DNA of 48,510 nucleotides from Candidatus Sumerlaeota bacterium (lineage in GTDB: Bacteria > Sumerlaeota > Sumerlaeia > SLMS01), in assembly GCA_007132505.1 (NCBI GenBank), contig SLOM01000064.1:1-48510 (forward strand), written 5' to 3'. Positions 1-9,524 of the stretch are shown here, in pieces; the stretch's first letter is position 1; the number at the start of each line of letters is the position of its first letter. Below the pieces are notes generated by a model. That model had not been told where the DNA came from and ran no database searches. It saw nothing but the letters and a program-made list of their open reading frames with translations. A program made the position numbers and the translations under genes.

Positions 1-153
1 ATCATGATGTCGAACCGCGCCCTCGGAATGCAGCTCATGGACGATTGTATAGACGGCTACCTCCAGAAGGGCCTGATCTCCGGCGTCGAAGCCTACATGA
101 AGGCAATAGACAAGGAACGCTTCCAGCAGCACGCCCCGAGGGGTGCGGAATGA
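1..153 (+). CDS. 3' end of a PilT/PilU-family type IV pilus retraction ATPase (partial, runs off the window start)
   Basis: Frame 1 is open from base 1 to TGA at 151-153. It reads ...SNRALGMQLMDDCIDGYLQKGLISGVEAYMKAIDKERF..., resembling the conserved C-terminal tail of PilT-type ATPases (GMQT-D--L--L---G-IS-E-A). The stop overlaps the next ATG (ATGA). Confidence 0.55.
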   Translation: MMMSNRALGMQLMDDCIDGYLQKGLISGVEAYMKAIDKERFQQHAPRGAE

Positions 154-995
154 GCCCGCTGACAGACGCTCCGAGACGGGCCCTCGCACCGGTGCTGCGG
201 CCGCTCCGCCGCACCGGGGAGAGGCTGTTCCGCCGGCAGCCCTCCCAGGGCACCCAGGAGGAGAAAAAGAAGAACCCGCCCATCGTCATGATTCACGGGC
301 TCAACGTGCCCCGGCACCTGATGATGCTGCTGGCGCGCCGCCTCTCCGCCAAGTACCACCGCGAATCGTTCCTCGCCCGCTTCAATACCTACTACCGCGA
401 CCTGCCGCAGTCCGCCCTCCACGTGACCCGCCAGATCGAGGAGCGCGGGTACACGGAGTACGATGTCGTGACGCACTCGATGGGCGGTGTGATTCTGAGG
501 TGGGCGGTGAATCACTGCGGCCTCAAGGGTGTGCGGCGTGCCGTCATGATTGGGCCGCCAAACGGCGGGGCGTGGGTGGCGAACCACCTGATGGAACGGT
601 ACGGGCGGTTTCCGCCCTGGATATTCGGCGAGGCGATGCTCCAGCTCCGTCTTCCTCCCCACGGGCTTACGGACCATGCGGGCCTGCTTCCCGGTATAGA
701 CACCGGCATCATCGCCGGCGGAAGCGGCACACCCCGCGGCGAGCGCAACTGGTTCGGCTACCCCGGCGACACCGATGGCGTGGTGGGCGTCGCGGAAACC
801 ATCCTGCCCGGGATGAAGGACTTCGTGCTGCTCAACCACAGCCACACCATGCTGCTCTTCTCCGCGCAGACCGCCCACATGACGAACCTCTTCCTGGAGC
901 ATGGGGTCTTCCGCCCGCGGGTTCAGCCGGCGGACCCAACGGATGAAGCCGCCGAGGAAGCGCAGCCGGACACCGCCGAGGCCTCCGAAGCCTGA
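150..995 (+). CDS. alpha/beta-fold hydrolase (lipase/esterase-like)
   Basis: Contains PPIVMIHGL near the N-terminus and the nucleophile elbow VVTHSMGG (GxSxG). Start taken at the ATG at 150 (MSPLTD...), which overlaps the upstream stop. The ORF-track start at 45 lies inside the PilT reading frame region. Confidence 0.7.
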   Translation: MSPLTDAPRRALAPVLRPLRRTGERLFRRQPSQGTQEEKKKNPPIVMIHGLNVPRHLMMLLARRLSAKYHRESFLARFNTYYRDLPQSALHVTRQIEERGYTEYDVVTHSMGGVILRWAVNHCGLKGVRRAVMIGPPNGGAWVANHLMERYGRFPPWIFGEAMLQLRLPPHGLTDHAGLLPGIDTGIIAGGSGTPRGERNWFGYPGDTDGVVGVAETILPGMKDFVLLNHSHTMLLFSAQTAHMTNLFLEHGVFRPRVQPADPTDEAAEEAQPDTAEASEA

Positions 996-1069
996 GCCGG
1001 TCCTCCGCGACGGGTGGCGGATTTCTTGCTCTGCCTGTGCAACTGATCTCAACGGACAAGGCCTGCCCG

Positions 1070-1948
1070 ATGACCCACTCCCCAAGACCCGGAAACGACT
1101 CCCCCGTCCTGACGCTCGGGCACTCGCCCGACCCTGACGACGCGTTCATGTTCCACGCGCTGGCCACATACGCGGTGGATACGGAGGGCCTGCGCTTCGA
1201 GCACATCCTTCAGGATATCCAGACGCTCAACGAGCGCGCCACCCGCGAGGAGCTCGACATCAGCGCCATCAGCATCCATGCCTATGCGCACGTGCTGGAC
1301 AAGTACGCGCTGCTCCCCTGTGGCGCCTCCATGGGCGACAACTACGGGCCGATGATCGTGGCCCGGGAGCCCTTCCCGGCCGCCGACCTGCCGCAGAAGC
1401 GCATCGCCGTGCCGGGCCTGATGACGTCGGCCTTCCTGGCGCTCAAGCTGTTCCTCGGAACGGACCAGTTCGACTATACAGTCGTGCCGTTCGACCGCAT
1501 CATGGACGAGGTGAAGGCGGGCCGCGCCGACGGCGGACTGCTCATCCACGAGGGGCAACTCACCTACGAGGCAGAAGGGCTTCACAGCATCGTGACTCTG
1601 GGCGAATGGTGGTACGAACGCACCGACGGGCTGCCCCTGCCGCTCGGGGCGAACGTGGTCCGCAAGGCCCTCGGGCCGGAGATGCTGCGCCGCATCAACC
1701 GCGTGCTGCGCCGGTCCATCGAGCATGCGCTGCAGCCGGAAAACCGCCGCGCCGCCGTGCAGCATTCAATGCAGTGGGCCCGCGGCATGGGCGAGGACCT
1801 GGCGGATGAGTTCGTCGGGATGTATGTGAACGAGCTGACGCTGGACTTCGGTGACCGGGGCCGCGCCGGCGTCGAGCGGTTCCTGCGCGAGGCGCATGAG
1901 AACGGCTTTCTTCCAGAGCCCGTGGACCTCGAGTTCGTGGGCTACTGA
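1070..1948 (+). CDS. MqnA/MqnD/SBP-family protein (futalosine-pathway menaquinone biosynthesis family, MqnD-like)
   Basis: The N-terminal motif LTLGHSPDPDDAFMFHAL resembles the LG-SPCPND-F-F-AL motif of 1,4-dihydroxy-6-naphthoate synthase-type proteins. Length of about 290 aa fits. The start is ambiguous (ATG 1070 or GTG 1037). Confidence 0.6.
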   Translation: MTHSPRPGNDSPVLTLGHSPDPDDAFMFHALATYAVDTEGLRFEHILQDIQTLNERATREELDISAISIHAYAHVLDKYALLPCGASMGDNYGPMIVAREPFPAADLPQKRIAVPGLMTSAFLALKLFLGTDQFDYTVVPFDRIMDEVKAGRADGGLLIHEGQLTYEAEGLHSIVTLGEWWYERTDGLPLPLGANVVRKALGPEMLRRINRVLRRSIEHALQPENRRAAVQHSMQWARGMGEDLADEFVGMYVNELTLDFGDRGRAGVERFLREAHENGFLPEPVDLEFVGY

Positions 1949-2044
1949 GCCGACGCCCCCCGTCGTACAGACAATCGCATGCACGCCTGGGGGATTGGTT
2001 TCTCCCGGAATGGGGTGCGGCCGGTCCGGGCCGCGCCCGGGGCG

Positions 2045-2368
2045 TCAGTACGCCAGTGCGTCGTCCACGCGGGCGAGGAGCGATTCGAGGCGCTGCACGG
2101 CGTCCTTTTCCTTTTGCAGCTCGCTGTGCAGGCGCGAGGCGTCCTCCAGCACGTTGTCCGCCATGGAGAGATCAAAGGCGAACTGGAAGGCGGTCATGAG
2201 GGCGATTTTCGCGGGCGATGCGGCTCCGCCGGAGGAGGCCTGGATGCGCTCGAAGGTCTCGTTCACCTTTTGTGCGGCCCGCTCGATGTGCTCGCGCTCA
2301 CCGGGCTCCGCGGTCAGGCGGATTTCGTGTCCTGCCAGTTTGATTTGAACGGTTTCAGGCGTTTCCAT
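2045..2368 (-). CDS. zapA: cell division protein ZapA
   Basis: 107-aa product: METPETVQIKLAGHEIRLTAEPGEREHIERAAQKVNETFERI...ALMTAFQFAFDL. This is the typical ZapA N-domain followed by a coiled-coil tail. The longer ORF-track call (to 2743) is an out-of-context extension. Confidence 0.8.
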   Translation of the reverse strand: METPETVQIKLAGHEIRLTAEPGEREHIERAAQKVNETFERIQASSGGAASPAKIALMTAFQFAFDLSMADNVLEDASRLHSELQKEKDAVQRLESLLARVDDALAY

Positions 2369-2846
2369 GTTGGGCAATCTCCACGGAGTCCAGGAGTGCT
2401 TCGGTTTCCTCAATCCGTTTGACGAGGGCGCCGAGGCGTTGGCGGTTCTGGTTGTCGCGCGCGGTGGCATCGTCGAGGCGCTTGCGCAGGTCCTCGTTTT
2501 CGGCCCGGAGCTTCCCGGCTTCTGCGCCTTCTGTTCCGGCCCCATTGGTTTCGGTGGCGAGCCTGCGGTTTTCTTCTTCCAGCTCCGCCAGCCTGCCACG
2601 CACCCGGTCCATTTCGTCCTCGACCTCTGCGATGCGGGTGTCCTTCTTCCCGATGCGGCGGCTGAGGTCGTCCCTTTCGGCTTCCAGTTCGCGGACGCGC
2701 GTTTCGAGGCGATCCCGGTCCGCTCCGTGAATACGGAGGCCATCCGCTTCCGCCTCGGCCTGTTTCAGGCGCACGCGCGTGGATTCGAGTTCGTCAATCA
2801 GACGCGAGACGCCGGTCTCGAACCGGCCCAGCAACTCTTTGGTCAT
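2355..2846 (-). CDS. coiled-coil protein, ZapB-like cell-division factor candidate
   Basis: 163 aa, almost entirely heptad-like E/R/L-rich sequence (LKQAEAEADGL...RVRELEAERDDL...LAELEEENRRL). ATG at 2846 is preceded by GGAGGG. The 3' end overlaps the zapA start by 14 nt. Confidence 0.55.
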   Translation of the reverse strand: MTKELLGRFETGVSRLIDELESTRVRLKQAEAEADGLRIHGADRDRLETRVRELEAERDDLSRRIGKKDTRIAEVEDEMDRVRGRLAELEEENRRLATETNGAGTEGAEAGKLRAENEDLRKRLDDATARDNQNRQRLGALVKRIEETEALLDSVEIAQHGNA

Positions 2847-3078
2847 GGAAATCCCTCCGCAGGGAACCGCGCGCCGCCGGGAACGTTTGGAGCTGGCGGC
2901 ACGGGCCAACAAGTTGGACTCAGCAGCCCGACGCATGGGGCCAGCCGTGCCCGCAGGGGTGCCGCTCACCGGCAACACGGTCAATGCAAAAATTCGGACC
3001 TGGAAACTTCGAAACTCCGCGGGCCTTCCGTTCTGTGCTTGGGCCGCACCCCACGGGCTTCGCGGGATGGCACGATCC

Positions 3079-4071
3079 TCACTCCGGCAGCGGCTCTCCA
3101 GGCAGCGGAGTCAACGGCTCCAGAACAATGCGGACGCTGTCCTTCCCTTCTTCCACCGTCACGGACCGCGCACGCCACCCGGCCGCAACCGCCACGAGGC
3201 GCACATCCCCCTCCGCCGGCACCGTGACCGCGTGGGGTCCGGAGCCCTCCAGCACCGTATAGCGCCCCATCTCCACGTCCAGGATGACCGGCGAGATGCC
3301 AGCGCCGTCAGAATCCTCCACCGTGACATCCAGCCGGCGGGCCGTCTCCTCCACGGCAGGGCGCAGGACGGCACGGCTATCCTCCAGCAGGTTGACCCGG
3401 CTGGTCCAGTAGCCCGCCGCCCAGGCATGGTGCCGCGTTGCCGGATCCACACTGGCGCGGCCAAGGACAACAGTACCATCCGGTCCACTCCGGGTAAGCA
3501 GGCCTTCCACACTCTGGCCGAAGAAGTAGGCGCCGCCGATCGGGTCCCCGGCCTTGTCCTGGACGGTCACGGTGCGTGCTTCGGGACGGGCCGGTGCGTC
3601 CGTGCCGTCCTGCAACCCGCCGGTCAGATCAACCGGCAGCCTCCAGCCCGCCGCTGGTTCCTCCTCCCCGACCAGCCGCGCGGTGAGGCTCAGCTCGCCT
3701 TCGGGCGACTGCCGCACTGTGTCTTGCTCGAGGATGGCGAAGGCGAGACCGCTGACGGGATGGTGGTAATACGCGAAGGAAGGGAGGAGATTGCCGTTCC
3801 AGGAGAAGCGGACAGACTCGGGGTCGAGCAATGAGCCACCGGGCTGCGCCGCGCCCGGGACGCGCACAAGGCAGGAGACGGCCCTGCCGGCACGGAATGC
3901 TGCAAGCACCTCCCCCGCCGGGCCTTCCTCACCGGGGTCCGTTTCGATGACGGTGACCTGGAGGCGGACGTTCAGTTCCCCATCCGGAGGTGCTTCCTCC
4001 CCCGCCGCACCGGCCGCCGGAAGGAGGGCCGCCAGCACCACCGCGCCAGCGAGGGCGGGCGGGCGGATCAT
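3079..4071 (-). CDS. secreted hypothetical protein (possible carboxypeptidase-regulatory-like beta-sandwich repeats)
   Basis: Signal-peptide-like N-terminus MIRPPALAGAVVLAALLPAAGAAG. Strong GC3 coding bias on this strand. The ATG at 4071 overlaps the upstream stop (ATGA). No family recognised with confidence. Confidence 0.6.
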   Translation of the reverse strand: MIRPPALAGAVVLAALLPAAGAAGEEAPPDGELNVRLQVTVIETDPGEEGPAGEVLAAFRAGRAVSCLVRVPGAAQPGGSLLDPESVRFSWNGNLLPSFAYYHHPVSGLAFAILEQDTVRQSPEGELSLTARLVGEEEPAAGWRLPVDLTGGLQDGTDAPARPEARTVTVQDKAGDPIGGAYFFGQSVEGLLTRSGPDGTVVLGRASVDPATRHHAWAAGYWTSRVNLLEDSRAVLRPAVEETARRLDVTVEDSDGAGISPVILDVEMGRYTVLEGSGPHAVTVPAEGDVRLVAVAAGWRARSVTVEEGKDSVRIVLEPLTPLPGEPLPE

Positions 4072-4583
4072 CGGCGCGTGTCGAGGTGCACCTGGAGTAT
4101 CGTCCACGAGTTCCCCTCCTGCCTCATGCGGACGGAGACGAGTGCGGGCGGCCCGTCGCCGTCGCGGCCCTCGGAGGTCCGGCGCAGATTGGGATACATG
4201 CCGCCGGAAGCCGTCCAGTGGAAGAAGTAGTCCACCTCCAGCTCGCCACGGGCCGGCAGCTCGCGCACGACGGCGTCCTCCGGCCGGATGCGCAGATAGG
4301 TCAGCCGGCTGTGCGCCACGGCCATGTCGCCCAGGAGCCTCTCGCGCGTATAGACATCGGTTGTCCCGTCCAGCGTAACCGTCAGTGGATAGGTGAACCG
4401 ATCGGCGAACTCCTCGGGCTTGTCGTCCTGGAAGTCGCTTGCCGCCCCGTGGATGAAGCGCACCGCGGAGGCCTCGCTCCCTCCTCCGAAGAGCAGGAAT
4501 CCGATGCCGCTCCCGAGCAGCACGACGAAGCCGGCGGCGATCAGGGTGAGCCTCAGGTTGTCACTGTTTCCGGTTCGTGGCAC
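4068..4583 (-). CDS. membrane-anchored hypothetical protein
   Basis: One N-terminal TM helix (LRLTLIAAGFVVLLGSGIGFLLF) followed by a roughly 130-aa soluble domain. Lies 19 nt downstream of glyQS and is translationally coupled to the next ORF. Confidence 0.6.
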   Translation of the reverse strand: MPRTGNSDNLRLTLIAAGFVVLLGSGIGFLLFGGGSEASAVRFIHGAASDFQDDKPEEFADRFTYPLTVTLDGTTDVYTRERLLGDMAVAHSRLTYLRIRPEDAVVRELPARGELEVDYFFHWTASGGMYPNLRRTSEGRDGDGPPALVSVRMRQEGNSWTILQVHLDTRR

Positions 4584-4602
4584 CGGGCCGTCTCCCCTCC
4601 GG

Positions 4603-6147
4603 TTACTGCTCCCGGAGACCGTCCAGGATGTAGTCGCGGACTTTGTCTATACCAAGGCGCACCTGCTCCATCGTGTCGCGGTCCCGCACGGTGACCGCCT
4701 GGTCCTCCAGCGAATCCACGTCCACGGTGATGCAGTACGGTGTGCCGATTTCGTCCTGCCGGCGGTAGAGCTTCCCGATGGCTGCCGTGTCGTCGTATAC
4801 GGCGTAGATGTCCTTCTTGAGTTCCCGGCAGAGGTTCCTGGCCATCGAAACCAGTTCCGGCTTGTTCTTGAGCAGGGGGAAGACGGCGGCCTTCACCGGC
4901 GCGAGCGAGCGATGGAGCTTCAGCACGACGCGCTTGTCGTCCCGCACCTTCTCCTCCGTGTAGGCATCCACCAGGAAGGCCAGGCAGGACCTGTCCACAC
5001 CGGCCGACGGCTCGATCACGTAGGGGACATACCGGTCGTTCAGTTCGGGATCGAAGTAGCGCAGGTCCTTGCCGCTGTGCTCCATGTGCTGGCGCAGGTC
5101 GTAGTCGGTCCGGTTGGCGATACCCTCGAGTTCCTGCCAGCCGATGGGAAAGAGGTACTCGACGTCGCCGGTGGCCTTGGCGTAGTGGGCCAGCTCATCC
5201 GCCTCCTGCTGGCGGAGGCGGAGCCGCTCGGGCCGGATGCCGAAGCGCGTGTACCAGTTCATGCGCTCCTCGATCCAGTGGCGCAGCCAGTCCTCGTCGG
5301 TCCACTCGCCCGGCTTGCAGAGGTGTCCCGGCTTGCAGAAGAACTCGATCTCCATCTGCTCGAACTCGCGCGTGCGGAAGAGGAAGTTCCGGGGCGTGAT
5401 CTCATTCCGGAAACTCTTCCCCATCTGAGCGATGCCGAAGGGCAACTTGCGCCGCATGGAGGACTGCACGTTCGAGAAGTTCACGAAGATGCCTTGGGCG
5501 GTCTCCGGCCGCAGATAGACCTTTGCCGCGCTGTCCAGGACCGGCCCGAGGTGCGTGGTGAGCATCAGGTTGAAGTCCCGCGGCTCGGTCAGCACGCCGC
5601 CATCGTCAGGCGAGAACCGCCCCAGCCGCGTCGAGCCTTCGACCTGTTCCAGCTTCACGCGCCGGCCCTCCAGGTTGAGGTACTTCTCCCAGTACTTCTG
5701 GTAAAACTCCTTCGCCTTCTTCTTGTTGGGGGCCCAGATCTCGCCACCCTCGACGGGAGCAGGCTCGCCCTCGGTCACATCAACGATGCGGTGGAGCGTG
5801 CACTCGGTCTCCTCGATGTGGTCGGCCCGGTAGCGCTTCCGCGACGGACCGCGCGTGTCGCAGAGCGGATCGGAGAAGGTGTCCAGATGCCCGGAGGCCT
5901 TCCAGGTGCGTGGGTTCATAAGGATGGCCGCGTCGAGCCCCTCGATGTCGTCACGCTCGTAGACGACCGAGCGCCACCAGGCGTTCTTGACGTTCTGCTT
6001 CAGCTCCGCCCCGACGGGCCCGTAGTCGAAGGTTCCCGCCAACCCTTCGTAGATGTCCGACCCGGGGAAGACGATTCCCCGGCGCTTGCAGAGCGAGACG
6101 ATGGTCTCCATCGTGACGGTGGGCTTTTCGGCAGTCGTTTGAGTCAT
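4603..6147 (-). CDS. glyQS: glycine--tRNA ligase (dimeric class II, GlyQS type)
   Basis: Begins MTQTTAEKPTVTMETIVSLCKRRGIVFPGSDIYEGLAGTFDYGPVGAELK, with class II motifs further on (FRNEITPRNFLFRTREFEQMEIEFF, GVDR). Start trimmed from the ORF-track 6348 to the ATG at 6147, where homology begins. Confidence 0.93.
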   Translation of the reverse strand: MTQTTAEKPTVTMETIVSLCKRRGIVFPGSDIYEGLAGTFDYGPVGAELKQNVKNAWWRSVVYERDDIEGLDAAILMNPRTWKASGHLDTFSDPLCDTRGPSRKRYRADHIEETECTLHRIVDVTEGEPAPVEGGEIWAPNKKKAKEFYQKYWEKYLNLEGRRVKLEQVEGSTRLGRFSPDDGGVLTEPRDFNLMLTTHLGPVLDSAAKVYLRPETAQGIFVNFSNVQSSMRRKLPFGIAQMGKSFRNEITPRNFLFRTREFEQMEIEFFCKPGHLCKPGEWTDEDWLRHWIEERMNWYTRFGIRPERLRLRQQEADELAHYAKATGDVEYLFPIGWQELEGIANRTDYDLRQHMEHSGKDLRYFDPELNDRYVPYVIEPSAGVDRSCLAFLVDAYTEEKVRDDKRVVLKLHRSLAPVKAAVFPLLKNKPELVSMARNLCRELKKDIYAVYDDTAAIGKLYRRQDEIGTPYCITVDVDSLEDQAVTVRDRDTMEQVRLGIDKVRDYILDGLREQ

Positions 6148-6325
6148 GGTACGGACGGGGCCCTTTCGGCGGGACGTTGAGGTGGTCTTCCGGCGGACCG
6201 CGCCGGAAAGGGGGGAAGCGTAGGCACACCCCCTGCGCGCGTGAAGGGGAAAGTCCACCTCCACGCTTGCGCACCACGCGGGGGAGCGGAACCGTACCGC
6301 TCCCAGCACTCCGGAGGCCGGCACC

Positions 6326-7015
6326 ATGCAGGCGGTCGTGATCGCCACCTACAACGAGGCGGAAAACATTCCCTCCCTGCTGCGGCAGATCAAGGAGGCG
6401 GCGCCGGATGTGGCGGCCATCGTGGTGGACGACGATTCGCCCGACGGCACCGCCCGCATCGCCCGCGAGATGGGCCTGCCCGGCGTCGAGGTCCTTGTCC
6501 GCAAGGCCGAACGGGGCTATGGCCCGGCCGTGCGCGACGGCCTGCTGCATGCGCTGCGCCGGGGCGCCGGGCGCGTGGCGACCATGGACGCCGATTTCTC
6601 CCACGACCCGCGCGTCCTGCCCGAGTTGCTGGCGCGGCTGGACGAGGCCGACGTGGCAATCGGTTCCCGCTACGTGGGCGGCGTGCGGGTGATCAACTGG
6701 AACGCCAAGCGGCTCCTGCTGAGTATCTTCGCGAACCTCTATGTCCGGACGATCCTGGGCCTCGACACGCAGGACTGCACATCGGGCTTCCGCGCCTATC
6801 AGGCAGGAGTGCTCCGGAAGATGAAGCTGCGCACCGTGCGCAGCAACGGGTACTCGTTCCTTGTCGAGACACTCTGGCGCGCCGCGCGCCGGGGAGCCAC
6901 CATCTCCGAGTTCCCCATCATCTTCGAGGAACGCCACGAAGGCGAATCCAAGATGAACAGGGGCATCATCTGGGAAAGCATCTGGACCCCCTGGCGGCTG
7001 AGGTTGAGAGGGTAG
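6326..7015 (+). CDS. GT2-family polyprenyl/dolichyl-phosphate mannosyltransferase (Ppm1/DPM1-like)
   Basis: Contains VVIATYNEAENIPSLL, VVDDDSPDGT, MDADFSHDP and GSRY--GG. These are typical of GT2 polyprenol-monophosphomannose synthases. Confidence 0.85.
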   Translation: MQAVVIATYNEAENIPSLLRQIKEAAPDVAAIVVDDDSPDGTARIAREMGLPGVEVLVRKAERGYGPAVRDGLLHALRRGAGRVATMDADFSHDPRVLPELLARLDEADVAIGSRYVGGVRVINWNAKRLLLSIFANLYVRTILGLDTQDCTSGFRAYQAGVLRKMKLRTVRSNGYSFLVETLWRAARRGATISEFPIIFEERHEGESKMNRGIIWESIWTPWRLRLRG

Positions 7016-7040
7016 GCTAAAGAGTCGTATATACTCTCCC

Positions 7041-7544
7041 CTACGGCACGCTGTAGGTTCCTTCGACGCGGACGAGGCTGTCGCCGCCGTCGTCAGCCGG
7101 GCGATACTGGCGGCCGGAGAATGTGCCGGAGCCTTCAATACCGTCAAAGCGGCCTGTACCTGCCACGTAGGTGAACGTCCCCTCCTGCAGGTTTCCACCG
7201 TCCGGCAGGCGCTCGGTCACCTCGCCTTCAAGCCGGGCGAGTTTCGTCGAGCCGTCCTCGAAGCGGTACTCGACCCACCCGCCATAGCGCCCGAGGCCAC
7301 GGTCGTAGTCGAGGGTTCCGGTGGCGGTGATGACGGCCACCTCACCGTCGCTGAATTCCGCAAGGCCGGTCATTGTCCAGACGCCGACAAGGTAGCGTCC
7401 CTCTTCGCCCGCGGCATGGACCTGGGCATCTGTGAAGCGCAGATACTCGGTCCACGAGATGGATTGCTCGGCTGCGGCGAGTGCCGGCGCCACCATCAGG
7501 GCAAACAAGAGGACGATTCCACGCAGAGTGTTGTGAATAGCCAT
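7041..7544 (-). CDS. secreted hypothetical protein
   Basis: Signal peptide MAIHNTLRGIVLLFALMVAPALAAA. A 167-aa beta-rich sequence with no recognised family. Confidence 0.6.
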   Translation of the reverse strand: MAIHNTLRGIVLLFALMVAPALAAAEQSISWTEYLRFTDAQVHAAGEEGRYLVGVWTMTGLAEFSDGEVAVITATGTLDYDRGLGRYGGWVEYRFEDGSTKLARLEGEVTERLPDGGNLQEGTFTYVAGTGRFDGIEGSGTFSGRQYRPADDGGDSLVRVEGTYSVP

Positions 7545-7601
7545 CAGCTTGGTTCTCCTTTGGGCAGTCTGTTGCCTTCTTGTTCCTGGCCTGAATGAAC
7601 A

Positions 7602-7650
7602 CCGCTCCCCCGGCGTTGCTGTTGGCGCGGCCGGGGGAGCGGGGGTTTTT
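7602..7650 (-). terminator. perfect 12-bp GC stem-loop between pckG and the downstream gene (probable pckG terminator, possibly bidirectional)
   Basis: CCGCTCCCCCGG (7602-7613) pairs perfectly with CCGGGGGAGCGG (7631-7642). The T5 run follows on the + strand. On the - strand the trailing sequence is only moderately U-rich (GUGUUCAUUC). Confidence 0.5.
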
Positions 7651-7685
7651 GTACAGCAGGGGAATGCGCGGCGGTTGCCGGGCTG

Positions 7686-9485
7686 TTACTTCAGCTTTGC
7701 GCGCAGGCTGTCGAGCTGCTTGGGAAGCTCGGGCGGCAGCTTCTCGCCGAGCTTCTTGTAGAACTCGTCAATGCTGTCGAGTTCCGCCTGCCAGCCTTCC
7801 TTGTCGAGGGCGAGGATCTGGGCCATCTCTTCCTTGCTGAAGTCCAGACCGTCGAGGTCAATGGCGTCCTCTGTGGGAAGGATTCCGATGGGCGTTTCCT
7901 GGCTCTTGCCGCTGCCTTCGACGCGCTCGCAGATCCACTTGAGGACGCGGCTGTTTTCGCCGAAGCCGGGCCAGATGAACTTGCCGTTCTCGTCCTTGCG
8001 GAACCAGTTGACGAAGAAGATCTTCGGGAGCTTCGCGGGGTCGGTGCGGCGCTCCATCTCGATCCAGTGCGTCAGGAAATCGCCCATGTGGTACCCGCAG
8101 AAGGGCAGCATGGCGAAGGGGTCGCGGCGCACGCCGGCAGCAAGGCCGATGGCGGCGGCGGTGGTCTCCGAGCCGGCGGCGGAACCGATGAACACGCCGT
8201 GTTCCCAGTCCTTCGATTCGTTCACCAGCGGGATGGTGGAGGCACGGCGTCCGCCGAAGAGGAACGCGTCAATGGGTACGCCTTCGGGCTTCTCCCAGTT
8301 GGGATCAATGACGGGGCACTGGGCGGCTGGTGTTGTGAAGCGGGCGTTGGGGTGGGCAGCCGGCTGGTCGGAGTCCGGGGTCCACTCGTTGCCCTTCCAG
8401 TCAATCATCGTGCTGGGGGGATCAATGCCCATGCCCTCCCACCAGATATCACCATCGGGCGTAAGTGCCGCGTTGGTGAAGATGGTGTTCTTGGTGATCG
8501 TGGCCATGGCGTTGGGGTTGGTCTTGTCGGAGGTGCCGGGGGCGACACCGAAGAAGCCGGTCTCGGGGTTCATGGCCCAGAGGCGCCCGTCCTCTCCGAC
8601 GCGGATCCAAGCGATGTCGTCGCCAACGCAGCGAAGCTTCCAGCCCGGGAGCGTCGGGTTCATCATGGCGAGGTTGGTCTTCCCGCAAGCGCTGGGGAAG
8701 GCGCCGGTGAGGTAGTATGTCTTTCCTTCGGGGGAGGTGAGGGAAAGGATGAGCATGTGCTCGGCGAGCCAACCTTCGCGCTTGGCGACGGTGGAGGCGA
8801 TGCGCAGGGCGAGGCACTTCTTGCCGAGCAGGGCGTTGCCACCGTAGCCCGACCCGTAGGACCAGATGAGGTCTTCCTCGGGGAAGTGAACGATGAACTT
8901 TTTCTTGAGGTCATGCTCGCAGGGCCAGGGCGCATCCTTCTCGCCAGGGGCCAGAGGGGCGCCGACCGTATGGATGCACGGGATGTAGGCGCCGTCCGTG
9001 CCGAGCTTGTCGAGCACTGCCTGTCCCATGCGGGTCATGATGCGCATGTTGACGACGACGTAGGGCGAGTCGGTGATCTCGATGCCGACCTTCGCGATGG
9101 GGGAGTCAAGCGGCCCCATGCAGAAGGGGATGACGTACATGGTACGCCCGCGCATGCAGCCGTCGGAAATCTTCGTAAGGTGCTCCTTCATTTCCTTGGG
9201 GTCGGCCCAGTTGTTGGTGGGGCCGGCGTCTTCCTTCTTGGTGGTGCAGATGAAGGTCCGGTCCTCGACGCGGCCGACGTCGCTCGGGTGGGAGCGTGCC
9301 AGGAAGCTGCCAGGGCGCTTCTCAGGGTTGAGGCGGGTGAAGGTGCCGCCCTCGACCATCAGGTCGCAGAGGCGGTCGTACTCCTCCTGGGTCCCGTCGC
9401 ACCAATAAACGTCCGCGGGCTTGGTGAGCTTGCGGATCTCTTCCACCCAGGCGATGAGCTTCTGGTTTTGCGGCTTTCCGGCCAT
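7686..9485 (-). CDS. pckG: phosphoenolpyruvate carboxykinase (GTP)
   Basis: 599 aa. Begins [37 protein letters not shown] and carries GTP-PEPCK motifs ([33 protein letters not shown]). ATG at 9485 is preceded by AGGAAGG. The ORF-track start at 9569 is an upstream extension. Confidence 0.95.
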   Translation of the reverse strand: MAGKPQNQKLIAWVEEIRKLTKPADVYWCDGTQEEYDRLCDLMVEGGTFTRLNPEKRPGSFLARSHPSDVGRVEDRTFICTTKKEDAGPTNNWADPKEMKEHLTKISDGCMRGRTMYVIPFCMGPLDSPIAKVGIEITDSPYVVVNMRIMTRMGQAVLDKLGTDGAYIPCIHTVGAPLAPGEKDAPWPCEHDLKKKFIVHFPEEDLIWSYGSGYGGNALLGKKCLALRIASTVAKREGWLAEHMLILSLTSPEGKTYYLTGAFPSACGKTNLAMMNPTLPGWKLRCVGDDIAWIRVGEDGRLWAMNPETGFFGVAPGTSDKTNPNAMATITKNTIFTNAALTPDGDIWWEGMGIDPPSTMIDWKGNEWTPDSDQPAAHPNARFTTPAAQCPVIDPNWEKPEGVPIDAFLFGGRRASTIPLVNESKDWEHGVFIGSAAGSETTAAAIGLAAGVRRDPFAMLPFCGYHMGDFLTHWIEMERRTDPAKLPKIFFVNWFRKDENGKFIWPGFGENSRVLKWICERVEGSGKSQETPIGILPTEDAIDLDGLDFSKEEMAQILALDKEGWQAELDSIDEFYKKLGEKLPPELPKQLDSLRAKLK

Positions 9486-9524
9486 ATTACTACCTTCCTT
9501 TCGGGGGATGTTGGACTGTGTAAG

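Noticed and set aside
4393-6180. 595-aa + strand ORF opposite glyQS; similar cases at 8067-9665 (opposite pckG), 17981-19687 (opposite secY/adk), 31018-32718 (opposite DUF1015) and 5951-7198 (opposite the GT2 gene)
   Set aside because: Each overlaps a gene with unambiguous homology on the other strand. All are shadow ORFs.
6148-6348. N-terminal extensions in the ORF track. Affected genes: glyQS, pckG (9486-9569), rpsH (22547-22861), rplV (26199-26303), rplC (29053-29118), rpsC (25774-25857), infA (16436-16543), map (17373-17588), zapA, DUF1015 (32569-33432)
   Set aside because: The extensions lack homology, overlap upstream genes or spacers, and internal starts with SD motifs coincide with the conserved N-termini. 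Genes were trimmed accordingly.
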